From Cercozoa sp. M6MM (Eukaryota; Protista; Endomyxa: Ascetosporea): a DNA stretch of 39,166 bases. Made by a program: the position numbers and the translations under genes. Location of the stretch: the NCBI GenBank assembly GCA_040357565.1, contig JBDODJ010000106.1; one strand, given 5' to 3'. Each line of letters begins with the position of its first letter. Positions within the stretch are counted from its first letter, which is position 1. Shown one piece after another: positions 1-14,175 of this stretch. Below the pieces are notes generated by a model, which had not been told where the DNA came from, made no database searches, and was given only the letters and a program-made list of their open reading frames with translations.

Positions 1-38
1 CCCCCCCCCCCGATTCTACCCTGTGATACCCTCTGTTA

Positions 39-106
39 TACCCTCTATACCCCCTATTATACCCTCTATACCCCCTATTATACCCTCTATACCCCCTATT
101 ATACCC
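39..106. repeat. Intronic 21-bp tandem repeat (TACCCTCTATACCCCCTATTA) x3
   Basis: Direct reading of the first INO80 intron in the window. Confidence 0.85.
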
Positions 107-217
107 TTGCGAGACCCCTATTGATACGCCTGTTTATCTCCCTATTTACTCCCTGTCTACCCCCCACCCTCCTCTTGCCCCCTATGCTCCCCTTTTATCC
201 TCCCTCCTGCACTCCAG

Positions 218-2705
<2,488 letters not shown>

Positions 2706-2763
2706 TTGTACTTTAGTCCGAGCGTCTTAGATAGTTCTATTGATCGGTTGCGTTGCGTCGAGA

Positions 2764-5660
2764 TCACTCAAGATCGTCAAGGTGGCCCATGTCCATCTCG
2801 GGCAGGTCCTCGAAGCCGACATCGTCCGGGTCGGCACCGAGTGCCACGGCGAGCAGACGGTTCTGCCGCGGCAGCAGCACGCGCGCGTCGTCGATGAGAC
2901 CGGCGGCGAGCAGCGCGTGGTCTACGAGCTGGTGTGCCGCCGCCTTGGCCAGCAGCGGCTGCGTGCCCATGTGTCGCAGGATGCCCTGCACCACCGGGTG
3001 TGACGTGTTCAGCTCGAGCTTCTGTCGCGGCAGTCGCAGGTCGGCACCGTGGTCCAGCATGGCCGTGACACGTCGCACGGCAGCACTCTCGTGGTCCACC
3101 ACGAGTGCCGGCGACTCGACCAAGCGCGCTGTTGGCTACAGGGTACTTGCGTACATACTCTGTGCACATAGAAGGCAGGAACACACCTGCACTTCGCGCA
3201 GTCGGTCCGGCAGCTCGTCGAGCAGCCACTTGCACAGAAGTTCCTGTTGCGCCTCCGGGAGGTCCTGGCGTCCCAGCGCGGCCAGTTCGGCCTGTCGGCG
3301 CAGTGTCATGTCGTTGGCCAGGCGTGCCGCACTGCGCACACTGGCAGGCGCCTCGCCGCTCGACATGGCATCGCTGGCACCCGAGCCGAGTGCGCCCAGG
3401 TGCTGCTGCACCTGCTGCTGTTGGTTCACGGCACCCAGGCCGAGCTGCGCCTCGCTGCTTTCGACACTCACGAAACGCTTGCCGTTGAACTCGCGCAGGT
3501 TCTGCACCACGAACTCGTCGACGTGTGCGTCCAGACAGAAGAGCACCTCGACGTCGGCCGCCGACAGAGCCTCCAGGTACGGCGACGACTCGGCCAACTC
3601 GCGCGACGGTGCGTTCAACTGTGGCCATGATTCACACATGCACACACACACGCGCGCGCACGCGCCTGCTATTCAAGCAGTCTTACAAAGTAGATCTTGT
3701 CCTGACCGCCACTGATGCGATTCACGTACTCCTGCAACGAGACCTTCTCGCCCTGCACAAAATGCATAGACACTGAGTCCTTGGCGCATAAGGCGAGAGG
3801 ACCAAACCGGTTTGGAGAAGTTGCTTTCAAATCGCAGCAGCGGAGCGACGTCGCGTTGGAACTCAGCGTCCGTGGCAGCGCCTTCCTGTGACAAGAACGA
3901 AGCAGTTTCTACGACGGCTCAAATGTAAAGATACAGGAGCAACAGCACCTTGAGAAAACCGCCAAACTCGTTCCAAAACTGCTCGTACAGCTCGGGCTGC
4001 TTCTCGGCAATGTCTCTGCAGAATAGATCCTCAGATGTACTAGACAAAACCACAAAGGCAGAGTGGATACCGCTGCAACCAGCGCAGGAAGCGACGTGTG
4101 ATGACAGCGCGCAGACGACGCATCTTGACGCGACCGTGATCTTGCATGTTCTCACGCGACACGTGCAGCGGCAGATCGTCGCTGTCGACGACGCCCTTGA
4201 CGAAGCGCAGCCAGTGCGGCAGGATGCCACTGTCGTCGTTATGACTGGCGTCCTTGTTGCTGTCGTCGCTCTGGTTCGCACCGCGAATCAGCACGCGTCG
4301 TGAGTACACCGACACGCCGCTCTGCATCTGGCCCATGCCATACTTTTCCGTGTGCTGCTGCGGCACATACAGCAGCGCGTGGAAGTGCAGCGGCGCATCC
4401 GCGCGGAAGTGCAGCGACGGCAGCATTGGTTCGTCGTACGCGTTGGCCACCAGGCGGTAGAACTGCTCGTGCTCCTCTTGCTTCACTTCAGACGGCGAGC
4501 GTCGCCACAACGCGTCCTGAGGGGATCAGATTGAATACTGATAAATACCAAATGCTACTTGGCAAACAGATGAACCAGCGTACCACAGTGTTGATGCGCT
4601 TGCCATTGAGGAACAACGGGAAGCCCACAAAGTTAGAGTAGCGACGCAAAACGCGGCGCACACGACGCTCGTCGCTGAACTCGTCTACAAGAACAACATA
4701 ACTTCAAACTCATAACTTGAACAAAGAAAACTGTGTACTGTGTTCGTCAGCAAGATGCACGATGACACGTGTGCCGCGCTGCAGCGGAACCGTTGGAATC
4801 TGCGAGGCTGGCGTCGCGCCTTCTTCGGCAGTGTGCACCGATGGCAGCGAACCGACCTCGAACTCGTCCGTGCCGTCACTCACGAATCTCTGCACAAAAG
4901 CGTCGATTCAAGTAGAAACCCCAAGAGCTGGGAAGCCAAACGTGTGCTACGTGAGCTTCGGGGACAGAACTGTCGGCCGACTGCGAAAGAACTTCGACCT
5001 TGGGCGCCACCATGAAGCTCGAGTAGAAACCAACGCCGAACTGACCAATGATGTCCTTGCTTTCGGCGCTGAATAAAATGCCAAAACAATCAACAGTACA
5101 TATATAAGAAAAGCGGAGTTACGCTTCATCGTGATGCTTCAACGCGTACTCTTTGCTGCCACTGCGAGCAATCGTGCCGAGGTTGTTCACAAGTTCCTCG
5201 GCGTTCATACCGATGCCTGTGTCTTCGACAACGAGGGTGTTGGAAGCCTGCAGCAGAACAAAAAAAAAACTCGTGGTCTAAGACCAAATGTTGAAGAAGC
5301 TAGGCTAGCTACCTTGTTAGTCCACACTCGGATTTCAAGAGGCAGATCATCGTGTCGCAGCGACTGATCTTCAGTGGCTTGCAGGAATCGAGCTTTTTCG
5401 CAAGCGTCGCTCGCATTGCTGATCAGCTCTCGCAGGAAGACCTCTTTGTCCGTGTAGATCGCTTTCGACACAATGTCCAGGATTTGCTGCGTCTTGGCTT
5501 GGAAGCGATGTTTCTGCACCCCTTGACCACCCTGGGCAGCAGAACTGGTCACACTCTCCGGTGTCCGCGTGGATGCGGCGGCTGCCGAGAAACGCGCTGA
5601 GACGCCTGCCAATCGCGCGCTGCGCACCTTGCGCACTATTTGTGCACCCGATCGCATCAT
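2764..5660 (-). CDS. TRAP1: Mitochondrial HSP90 (TRAP1/HSP75), multi-exon
   Basis: Basic presequence [19 protein letters not shown]. Motifs [100 protein letters not shown] and [10 protein letters not shown]. No charged linker and no MEEVD end. Confidence 0.93.
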
Positions 5661-5902
5661 ATCTATGCACACACTGCGAGGCACAGATCCTTAATCCTTC
5701 TGCTCAGCACAGCAGAACAGGATCTTATGTCTGGCTACAGCACTCTGGGATAAATAGTGCACACAGTGTGCCCACACACGTGCTGAAAGCCTGTAGAAGG
5801 CATAAGCACGAGTTTGGGTGCGGTTTGTTGAGGTACTGCATTTTGAGCAAAAAACGCATTTGGCTTGTCAAGATTGATCAGTATTGTCGCTTCGATCAGT
5901 CA

Positions 5903-7416
5903 ATGTCGGGTCGTTTGCGCAAGACGCTGCGCACACTGGCCGTGTCGGTGCTGTCGATTGGTGCTTTCACGGCAGCGACCTCATTTTATGGCATGACAGT
6001 GGTGAACAAGAAGTTCGAACGTAACTTTTACGACGACTACAAACTGACTCCAGTACGTTGCACTGCCTGGGGGGGGGGGGGGGGTAGGGGGGTAAAGGGG
6101 GCAAAGGGGTAAAGGAGGGTAAAGATGTGCACTTGATGTGGCGACGTGTAGTACGAACTGCACATTCCGTACGACGACGTGGTCTACTTGACGAAGGAAG
6201 GTACCACAGCGAGTGGTTGGTTTCTCAAGTCGCTTCTTCCGAGCGGCTCGCGCTCTGCCGTCGTTATCTTTGTCGGGTACTTTACCCGCCTCCACCCCTC
6301 TTTTACCTCTCTTAGCCCTTTACTCCCTTTACTATATCGCTTACCCTATACCCCTTACCCTATACCCCTTACCCTATACCCCTTACNNNNNNNNNNCTTA
6401 CCCTATACCCCTTACCCTATACCCCTTACCCTATACCCCTTACGCTATACCCCTTACCCTATACCCCTTCCTATACCCTTTACCCTTTACCCTATGCCCT
6501 TACCCCACCCCAGATACGGCAACCACCGAGCGGACTTTCTGGGCATTGCGGCAGCACTGTGGCGTGCTGGACACAATGTCTGCATTTTCGACTTTCTGCA
6601 CCGCAGCAACGAACCCGAGATCCCGGCCTCGATTGGCTACTTTGAGACCGAGGACGCGCGACGTGCTTTGAGACGTGTGCGCGAGTTGCTGCCCGAGGAC
6701 AGCAATATCTCCTTGGCCGGTACAAGGGGGTAAGAGGGGTAGAGAGGGGGGTAAAGAGGGACTAATGTGCAGGTGCGTCGATGGGCGGCGCCGTCGCCTT
6801 GACACTGTTCGCCGAGAATCCGGACCTGTTGGGTACTGACATGTGTGTATCTGCTTTGTACTTTTGTAGTTTGTATTCTTGCTGAACAGCGTGTGCGACG
6901 GACTGTGCTTTTGCTGACCTGCACGATGTGGTGCAGTACCGTATCATGCGGTCGTACGGCACTCCAAAGTCGCTCGCCGAACCTGCTGTCGAACTTATCG
7001 ACTCGTTTAACAAGGTGCCGATTCTTGAAGCAGCTCTCGCTCCCTTAACCAATAACTATTGGACGCTGTGTATCACTGTGTTGTAGTGGCATCATGGCTA
7101 CAGTCTGCGTGACGTGTCACCCGAGAAGAAACTCAAGGGCGCGTGTCATGACCGGCCACTCATGCTGACACACGCCTCGAGCGACAGCATCGTACCGCTG
7201 CAGCACGTGCACCGCCTGTTCGAGGCCGCCGACACGCAGCACAAGTCGGTCCACATCGACGACTGCGAGCATCTTGGCTCCTACTTCTGCGACCGTCATG
7301 GCTACCTCAAGCGACTCGTCAAGTTCTTTGACTTTGCGCTCGACTACCAGCCTCCACCACTGCCGGCTGTTCAGGCTGGCCCCACTGTCCCAGCTGCCGA
7401 ACTTGACGTTGAATGA
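5903..7416 (+). CDS. Alpha/beta-fold serine hydrolase with N-terminal membrane anchor, multi-exon
   Basis: N-terminal hydrophobic segment LAVSVLSIGAFTAAT; GHNVCIFDF; spliced nucleophile elbow G-ASMGG; HASSDSIVP (acid) and DDCEHLG (His) complete a plausible triad. Stop at 7414-7416. Confidence 0.85.
6311..6513. repeat. Intronic 14-bp minisatellite (TACCCCTTACCCTA)n containing a 10-N gap
   Basis: Direct reading. N run at 6387-6396. Lies inside an intron of the hydrolase gene. Confidence 0.9.
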
Positions 7417-7457
7417 TTCTTTCCGTCTCACTGCAGCAGCACCATATTCGCTTTCGC

Positions 7458-7690
7458 GGGTATGGCGGGGTTTTTCGAGGCAAAATCAGAATCAAAGAGA
7501 GGTTAAGGGGTAAGGGGGCGGGTAAAAGGGGGTAAGGGGGCGGGTAAAAGGGGGTAAGGGGGCGCGTAAAATGGGGTAAGAGGGGCAAGGGGAGCGAAGG
7601 GGGTAAAGGAAGAGGGTAAGGCAGGATAACGCTGAAGCAGAGTTGCGGTTGAGGGGGGTTCAATTTTGCCTCGAAAATCCGTCCATACCC
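7458..7690. mobile_element. MITE-like non-autonomous TIR element, copy 1 (233 bp)
   Basis: Left end GGGTATGGCGGGGTTTTTCGAGGCAAAAT and right end ATTTTGCCTCGAAAATCCGTCCATACCC are imperfect inverted repeats. Flanks GCTTTCGC (7450-7457) and GCCTTCGC (7691-7698) form a 7/8 candidate target-site duplication. A related copy lies at 20328-20463. Confidence 0.75.
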
Positions 7691-7852
7691 GCCTTCGCTC
7701 GCCTTTGTTATCCGACGTCAGTTCAGTTCAGTTCACGTCACATTCTTGTCTCGGCGTCAGACGAGCGAGAGATCGTCTCGCGCGCCAACTGCACTACAGC
7801 AGGCAGTACTGTTGACCTCGTGCACAGCATACTGTACAGTACAGACATCTGC

Positions 7853-8413
7853 ATGTCCCTGTATGATTACTCTCAGTCGTATCATGGGGAACCAGAAGGG
7901 GAGCCGATGGCCCCACCTAAGCAGCCGGTGGACTACGGCACTTGCGACCCACCCCAGGACTAGTACAAGTAAACTAAATAGTCGGTTTCTTAGTAAACTT
8001 AGACTGAACTAGCTATCAATCATATCACTGTTTCTTCGAGTGCCGGTTTCTGTAGAGTTTATTTACCCACTGTCCGTAGCCAACACGACATTCATTGTCT
8101 AAACTAATGCAGGGAAACCAGAAACTAAACTAACAGCGTGCCCAACGACCGGACACAAGCAGCCTCCTCCATTGCAACAACCCGTCGGAACACAGTGACA
8201 CCCGGGCCTGGGTTCCGTTATTGGAGGTATCGACCTGCCAGGCTGGCACTGGATCGGTTGAGGTCGAACCCCGTCAGAGAGCAACACTCAGCAGGAACTG
8301 GCAGTGTCAGCCAGTGCCACCGTGCCACGGTAGGCGCCGCAAGGCAGAGCGAAGTGAGTGTGCGGCTTCACGCTCTGCGTCATTGTAGATGTGCCCGGTG
8401 CAGAAGTCCGTGA
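7853..8413 (+). CDS. Possible short hypothetical spliced gene (MSLYDYSQSYHGEPEGEPMAPPKQPVDYGTCDPPQD...)
   Basis: Coding-like first exon ending at a GTAC donor near 7963 and an acceptor CTAACAG at 8130-8136. Downstream exon structure and stop are ambiguous. Confidence 0.25.
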
Positions 8414-9974
8414 CGTAGCCGGCAATGTCCTCTGGCACACGCTCGGTGCTACCAGAGAGATGCGCCAGTGTCTCCACGCACCGCTCGTATCGCGCTCGTC
8501 GCGCAAAGAATTCAATCACGCCCTGATCGATCGCTTCTTGCACAAACACCGACTCCTTAGCGTAGGCCAGAGCACTCTGGTAGCGCTTGTTGTTGCCAAC
8601 ATGAGCGACAGAGACGCCTGTAAAACTGCCAAACGGTGCATTTAATGAGACGACTGGAGGAGAAACGGCACCTTGAGCCACCAGAGCCGTGATAATCTTG
8701 AGACACTTGAGCGCTGGACAGTCCTCGTTGCCGCAAGACCAATGTGCATGCGTCTCGTCTTCCGGCCCGTCATCGTTCTTATTGGCCACGTCGTCGTTGT
8801 GAAAGCGACACCGACGCCGACGCATCAGGAACTTGCGAGCAGCGCACTGCAGCGACTGCACAGGCCCGGGCCAATGAATCGTATACGTGTTTTCTATTCA
8901 GTTGGAGAAACGTGTGTAAGGTTGAGCCACAAAAACTAACCTGGACAGAGCGCCCATCTTGAGCGTGCACGTTGGCTTTGTGCTCTAGGAGCATCTTGAC
9001 TACTCGCCACTGACCATAGTATGACGCCAGCACAAGAGCCGAGTCTCCAAAAGCCTGGAGGCATAAGTAAACTGTAAAACAATACTTATTGTCAGGTATA
9101 GCTTTCAGTACAGTGCGACGCTCAATATTGGCACCTTGACTCAAAAGATATTTGGCAATCTCCACACTATGGAATGATTCACAAATATCATACAGTAATA
9201 CTGATTATAAACACAACTGAAACTGAACTAAAAGAAGACTGAATTCAGAGTCAACTTACTTGTCATCCAGTTCGCAGCACAAGTGCAACGCCGTCCAGCC
9301 GGCGAAACGACGCGAAGTTTCTTCTAAATCGGCGCCTGCTTTCACTGCATCTCGGACCACGTCCACTGCGCATACCAGACACTCCAGTTAATTATATTTT
9401 ATATAAACCGCAATGCATGCAGAAAATCAATCTACTGTGTGGCTGGAAGAAAGAGGCTTCAAACACGTCGTGTAAGGAGGCAATTTCTTCTTCAGAGGCG
9501 TCAGTTTCCTGAGCGTCAATGTTGTCGTTGTTGCCATGTGGCACGACCGGCGGAGGGGACAGCGGTGCGGGCGAACGGGCTGAAAGAGGCTCCCTCGGGG
9601 CTGGGTTCTGATCGGTGGCACGCTGTTAGTTAGTGAACACGTTGTGCTACAAGTTTCCTTTACAGTGAATGTTTACGTAATTCCCATCCTGCCGCAGCAC
9701 GGTGTCAATGCTGAGTCGCTGAAACGCGTCAATCTAAAATTGAAGCAAAATCTGCCGTTGAATGACACCAAACACAATTTACACAACAAACCGTCATGAC
9801 AGCGTGTGTTTGAGCTGCACTGCAACGTTTTGCACGTACTAGGTCTGCAAAACACTTCTAAAAGCAACTCTTGAGTCACCATGGTTCTTTTCTGATGCGA
9901 GATGGACGGTTTGAACTGAAAATCGATTGATCGCTTCTGCGACTGGGATGGTTGTTCGACAGTGCTATGGTCAT
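8307..9974 (-). CDS. Ankyrin-repeat protein, multi-exon (start uncertain)
   Basis: Spliced VVRDAVKAGADLEETSRRFAGWTALHLCCELDD-NVEIAKYLLSQGANIERRT-AFGDSALVLASYYGQWRVVKMLLEHKANVHAQDG gives 2-3 ankyrin repeats. The long terminal exon ends ...LRRLPWHGGTG* at 8307. 5' exons (9436-9623, 9678-9733 and further upstream) are tentative. Confidence 0.75.
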
Positions 9975-10009
9975 TTTTTGTCTAGGACAGTGTTGCTTAT
10001 TCTGAGCAA

Positions 10010-11948
10010 TTAGGGCTCCAAAAAGAGACGCGCGTCGACCCAGGCGAGCGTGTCGGCGAAGCGTTTCACAGACTCTTGATGTCTGACCTGGGCTCAATCG
10101 ACAGTTGGATCAGATTCCCATCGCACTCGCGAATGCAAAGAGTACCTTTGGATCAGAGCTCAAGAGCCGCGACACCAACGATTGAGTCTCTACGACAGTT
10201 CGAGGGATCTTGGCTTTCAGAAATGAGCTGGAAAAACCAGGTACCACGGTCAAAACCCTTGCTGGCCAGGTCGCGCAGTGTCCTGTCCAGCAGCGCCTGG
10301 TGGTGCTGTTCGACCACAGGTGACCACATGGCGACTGCGTTCGGGTGGTTCCGTTGAACTCGAGGGAACTGATCATTATTCATTTTTCTGTTCCCTTCCT
10401 GGTCGATCTTGAAACATCCCAGACAGGTATAACTGAAGGAGATTTACAACAGTGCCATAGTAGTCCCAGCGGTAAGTGGCTCCTAGCAACATATCGGCCA
10501 GAACGGTCCCGACTCTACAAAGAAGAATTCATTATATTCATTAAGCAAAAGTAAAACATAAATTGAACATCCGGAGTCAATCATACCCAAACACATCATG
10601 CGCGACGTCACTCGGAATGAAGTCACCTCCACTGTACGGGTCTGCCTCGGGCGCACTGTACTCGACAGTGCCGGTGCGCACAGTGGTCTCGCCACGCAGT
10701 GCAGCACTGCCGTAGTCAAGCAAGGCAAGTCGGCCACCGAGGAGAACGCAGTTGGTTGCCTTGACATCTCGATGCACCACACCAACACGGTTGTTCAGAC
10801 TGTCAACTGCAATCACGAGTTGTCGGAACCAGCGTAGTGCTTGTTGAGTCAGGTTTCCGCGCGCATTGACGAAACTGTCGGGCTGTTCCTTCATGCGCGT
10901 GTGCAGAGTGGTCTCTGCCAGAGGCATCACCGTGAGCACCGTGCCTTCTTGTTGAGTGCCTCTTGTCCAAGGCAGTCGCGGCATGTACCTGCACAGTGCA
11001 GTACAGTTGGTACACATACTCTGCTCAAAGAACAAAGTGTACGGACGAGGCAGTCGAGGAAGGTAATCCGAAAGCAAACGAGTTGCGCTTCGTCGTGTTG
11101 GCTAAATACAGTGAAAAGACTCGTACAACCTGAGATCTAGAGACACAATTACTCTGCTAGGTATGTCGCAGACTCGAGCACGGGCTAGCAACGGCATCAA
11201 GTTGGCAGTTGATGCAAAGTCTACACAGTTTAGTAAATGCCGTCCATGCATACATGGTAGCACGTAAAATTATACCCTTGCCATGCAATAACAGCATGCC
11301 ACCGACGTGTTGCTCATCAAGTCCTTCTTCCTGTTCAAAACATGCTACGTTTCGGTTGGTTAAACTGACAGAATAACACAACTGTACAGCATTGCGTGTG
11401 CTGATCTTGACGGCGACTGGAGTGCCGAACTTTGTCTTCAGTTCCTTGTCAGCTGATCATCGGTGTTTGGATTTAGAGTTGTTTCTGCACCGTACGCTAG
11501 CAAATTAAGTATAATTTTAGAAAGCACCAATATTGACACCAACTACGGTGCTGCTGGCACCGACATCGATGTCAAAGGCAGGCGATGACAAGAAAGTCTC
11601 CAGTTCGGCGCCTTTGAGCTCTGTTGGAACAAACTTGACTGGAACTTGAAAGAAAGTTGAACGAAACTGCACGGTACCGTACAGAGGCACAGACTTTGCC
11701 TGCCGCAACTTGGTGATGCTGTGAGACGACGAGGGCCCATTAAACATTGAGAGAAAATGTGGCCCAGCACCAACTTGGGCTTGTGCCGTTTGCGAATTTG
11801 GGAATGCAAAAAATGGCGTCGAGTACATTCCCATTGTGGCAGTTGCTCCCAACACGAGAGCTGTCAACGTACGTTTCTGCAAAACAGCGTTTGAAGCAAC
11901 TGACTTCAAGAGGAAGTTCTGTCTTGACAAACTAAACTTTACCATCAT
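10010..11948 (-). CDS. Divergent Ser/Thr-type protein kinase with N-terminal presequence-like/hydrophobic leader, multi-exon
   Basis: DVGASSTV (degenerate Gly loop), PVAVKI, VVHRDVKATNCVL, LLDYGSA, GTVEYSAPE, HDVFG-VGTVLADML, and LVSRLLSSDPK-VR (subdomain XI). Stop TAA at 10010-10012. Confidence 0.85.
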
Positions 11949-12290
11949 GAACTGAAGAAGCAACTGAAGAAAGCAATGTCACGTGCCGATGCGAAAGTCA
12001 AGGTTAGAGTGGCCTTAAGCACTGGAGGTCACTTAGCTGCTATCGCACAAAAGGCATTCAATCTGCGCAGGTTTTTCGGCGCACGTGCCACGCCACACTT
12101 GGACGCCACCCGAGTCCGGAAGCGTCAGTTTTTGCCTCCTATTGTGTCGTCTGTGTATGCTCAGTGCTCCCACCGCCGACATCATGATGGAAAACTGAAG
12201 GAACTCCTTGTGGGGAAGGCTGTGCCTCAAATTCAGACAGAAAGCTGGGTCTGCAGAGTTCACGCGCGTGTGCAAGCAGTGGCAAGCTAA

Positions 12291-13141
12291 ATGACACTTT
12301 TTGGCTCGGCTAAGTCCTTGTAAGATGTGAATGTAATTATTTTCTGCCCTGAATAGGTATTTTGCCACTTGTTGTATTTTTAGCTTTGGGCCGGACAGTC
12401 TGCGTTTCTGGAGTATGTTCTGCCTCGTGGCAGCGTGCTACAACACGACCAAGTGGCCATGGCTGCTGCTGGATGCGGCAAACTACACCGTGTCGCCGCT
12501 GTTCAACACGGGCGTTCGTGTGGTAACCTAACGCTTTTGCCCTGTCTGGACACTCAAGTTAGTGTTTATTATATCAGGGAAGTGCCGTGTTTGAGCCGAA
12601 CTGTCTGATCGCGCACGTGTTCTGCGCCATCCTGTGCGAGTGCGTGTTCGCCTACGCCTTGTGGCCGGGTAAGCGGCGCTGGCGCACTCACTCGCCCACA
12701 CAGCTCGCTGTGACACTCGCCGTGGTTCTGCACGTCGCTGTGGTATTTTTACGCGTTTACTCAATTCAGCAGGCTCAAAACGTCTTGTTTAGACCTGGAC
12801 CATCCGCGCGGAGAACCCGGGCTATTACGTCAACGTTTCCATGCTGATTGGTGCTGTTGCGTGCGTGCTGACCTATGCTTACCTCTCATGGACGCAGGTA
12901 CAGTTTTGTTATCACAAAAAAACTGGGCTGTTTTGTATTATCTTTTGGTTCTTTTTGCACTCAGAGCAAGTGCAAGGACAAGTGCGAGTGCGCGAGTCCA
13001 TCCGAGCAAGGTCAAAAAAACTCCACGGCGTCGAACCCTTGGCAGCTGACGGCTTTGCTGGGTTCCGTGTTCTTCGTCAACAGCGGTCCGCTTGGCGACT
13101 ACGCTGTCATCGTCGCCACCTCGCTCCAGAAGCTTTTCTAG
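12291..13141 (+). CDS. Orphan multi-pass membrane protein, paralogue A (about 180 aa, 5 exons)
   Basis: Spliced: MTLFGSAKSF-FGPDSLRFWSMFCLVAACYNTTKWPWLLLDAANYTVSPLFNTGVRV-GSAVFEPNCLIAHVFCAILCECVFAYALWPG...LAVVLHVAV-TWTIRAENPGYYVNVSMLIGAVACVLTYAYLSWTQ-SKCK...LLGSVFFVNSGPLGDYAVIVATSLQKLF*. Intron positions match paralogue B. Confidence 0.8.
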
Positions 13142-14175
13142 AATTGCCTACTCGGAGCTGAGCTGACCGGACATTACTAGGGCAGGTCACTCGAGTTTAC
13201 ACGACCAGCAAAACCAAGCGCCGCGACGCGTGTCCGTTCCATAGATTTACAATGCAATTGCAACTGAAGCGCTTTAGTGTGCAATGTATGGTAACCGCGC
13301 TGTACAGTACCTTGCAAACGAAACTCTACTTGATCGGTTCTGAACCGAGCTCCTTCGAGGCTCGAGCTGCGATGCCGTGCTCCAAAAGCGCGCAGGAAAG
13401 GCCGGACTTAACGTTAACATCAGCGCTTCACGGCAAGTTTCCACACAGTCAAAAGAGTTTTTGGATCGAAGTGCCGATGATGACAGCGTAGTCACCGAGA
13501 GGGCCGCTGTTGACGCAGAATACGGCACCCAGCAAGGCGGCCAGCATCTTGTTTTCGGTGGCCTCCTTTTCCTTCTTGGCTTCGGCTTCCTCACATGGAC
13601 CCTTGCACTGAGCAGGTCAATCACTCATAGATCAGAAGCGTACTGTATGCTTCGCAAGCTTGGTACCCGCTTCCACGAGAAGTAGCCGTAGGTGAGTCCA
13701 CACGTAAGAGCGAAAAGCAAAAAGGTCACGTTGACGAGGTAGCCCGGGTTCTCCGCACGAATCGTCCAGGTCTAAAATACAATAAAACAAGAGCCCCTTC
13801 CTCTCTTATTTAGCAAAGATCGAGGGGACGTGAGTGCGGAGATAGTGAGTGGTACCGCAGAAAAGTGGAGGACCACAGCGAGTGTCACAGCAAGCTGCGT
13901 GGCCGGACTCTCGCGCCAGCGCTGCTTGCCCGGCCACAAGGCGTAGGCGAACACGCACTCGCACAGGATGGCGCAGAACACGTGCGCGATCAGACAGTTC
14001 GGCTCAAACACGGCACTTCCCTGATATAATAAACACTAACTTGAGTGTCCAGACAGGGCAAAAGCGTTAGGTTACCACACGAACGCCCGTGTTGAACAGC
14101 GGCGACACGGTGTAGTTTGCCGCATCCAGCAGCAGCCATGGCCACTTGGTCGTGTTGTAGCACGCTGCCACGAGG
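12423..14175. repeat. Perfect 247-bp inverted repeat (12423-12669 vs 13929-14175)
   Basis: Base-by-base comparison of the two arms found no mismatch, including across intron 2. Confidence 0.9.

Noticed and set aside
2753-3715. 320-aa plus-strand ORF and other long overlapping ORFs
   Set aside because: Antisense or off-frame shadows of GC-rich TRAP1 exons, with no motifs.
6311-6513. True chromosome end or canonical TTAGGG telomere
   Set aside because: The unit is not TTAGGG, and the tract sits inside an intron with in-frame exons on both sides.
10380-10460. Apparent frameshift or GC-AG intron in the kinase (possible pseudogene)
   Set aside because: A standard GTAAAT...ATCAG intron restores the frame through subdomain XI to a normal stop.
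12423-14175. 247-bp inverted repeat as the TIRs of a transposon
   Set aside because: Homology continues in diverged form on both sides as two complete paralogous genes; no TSD or transposase.
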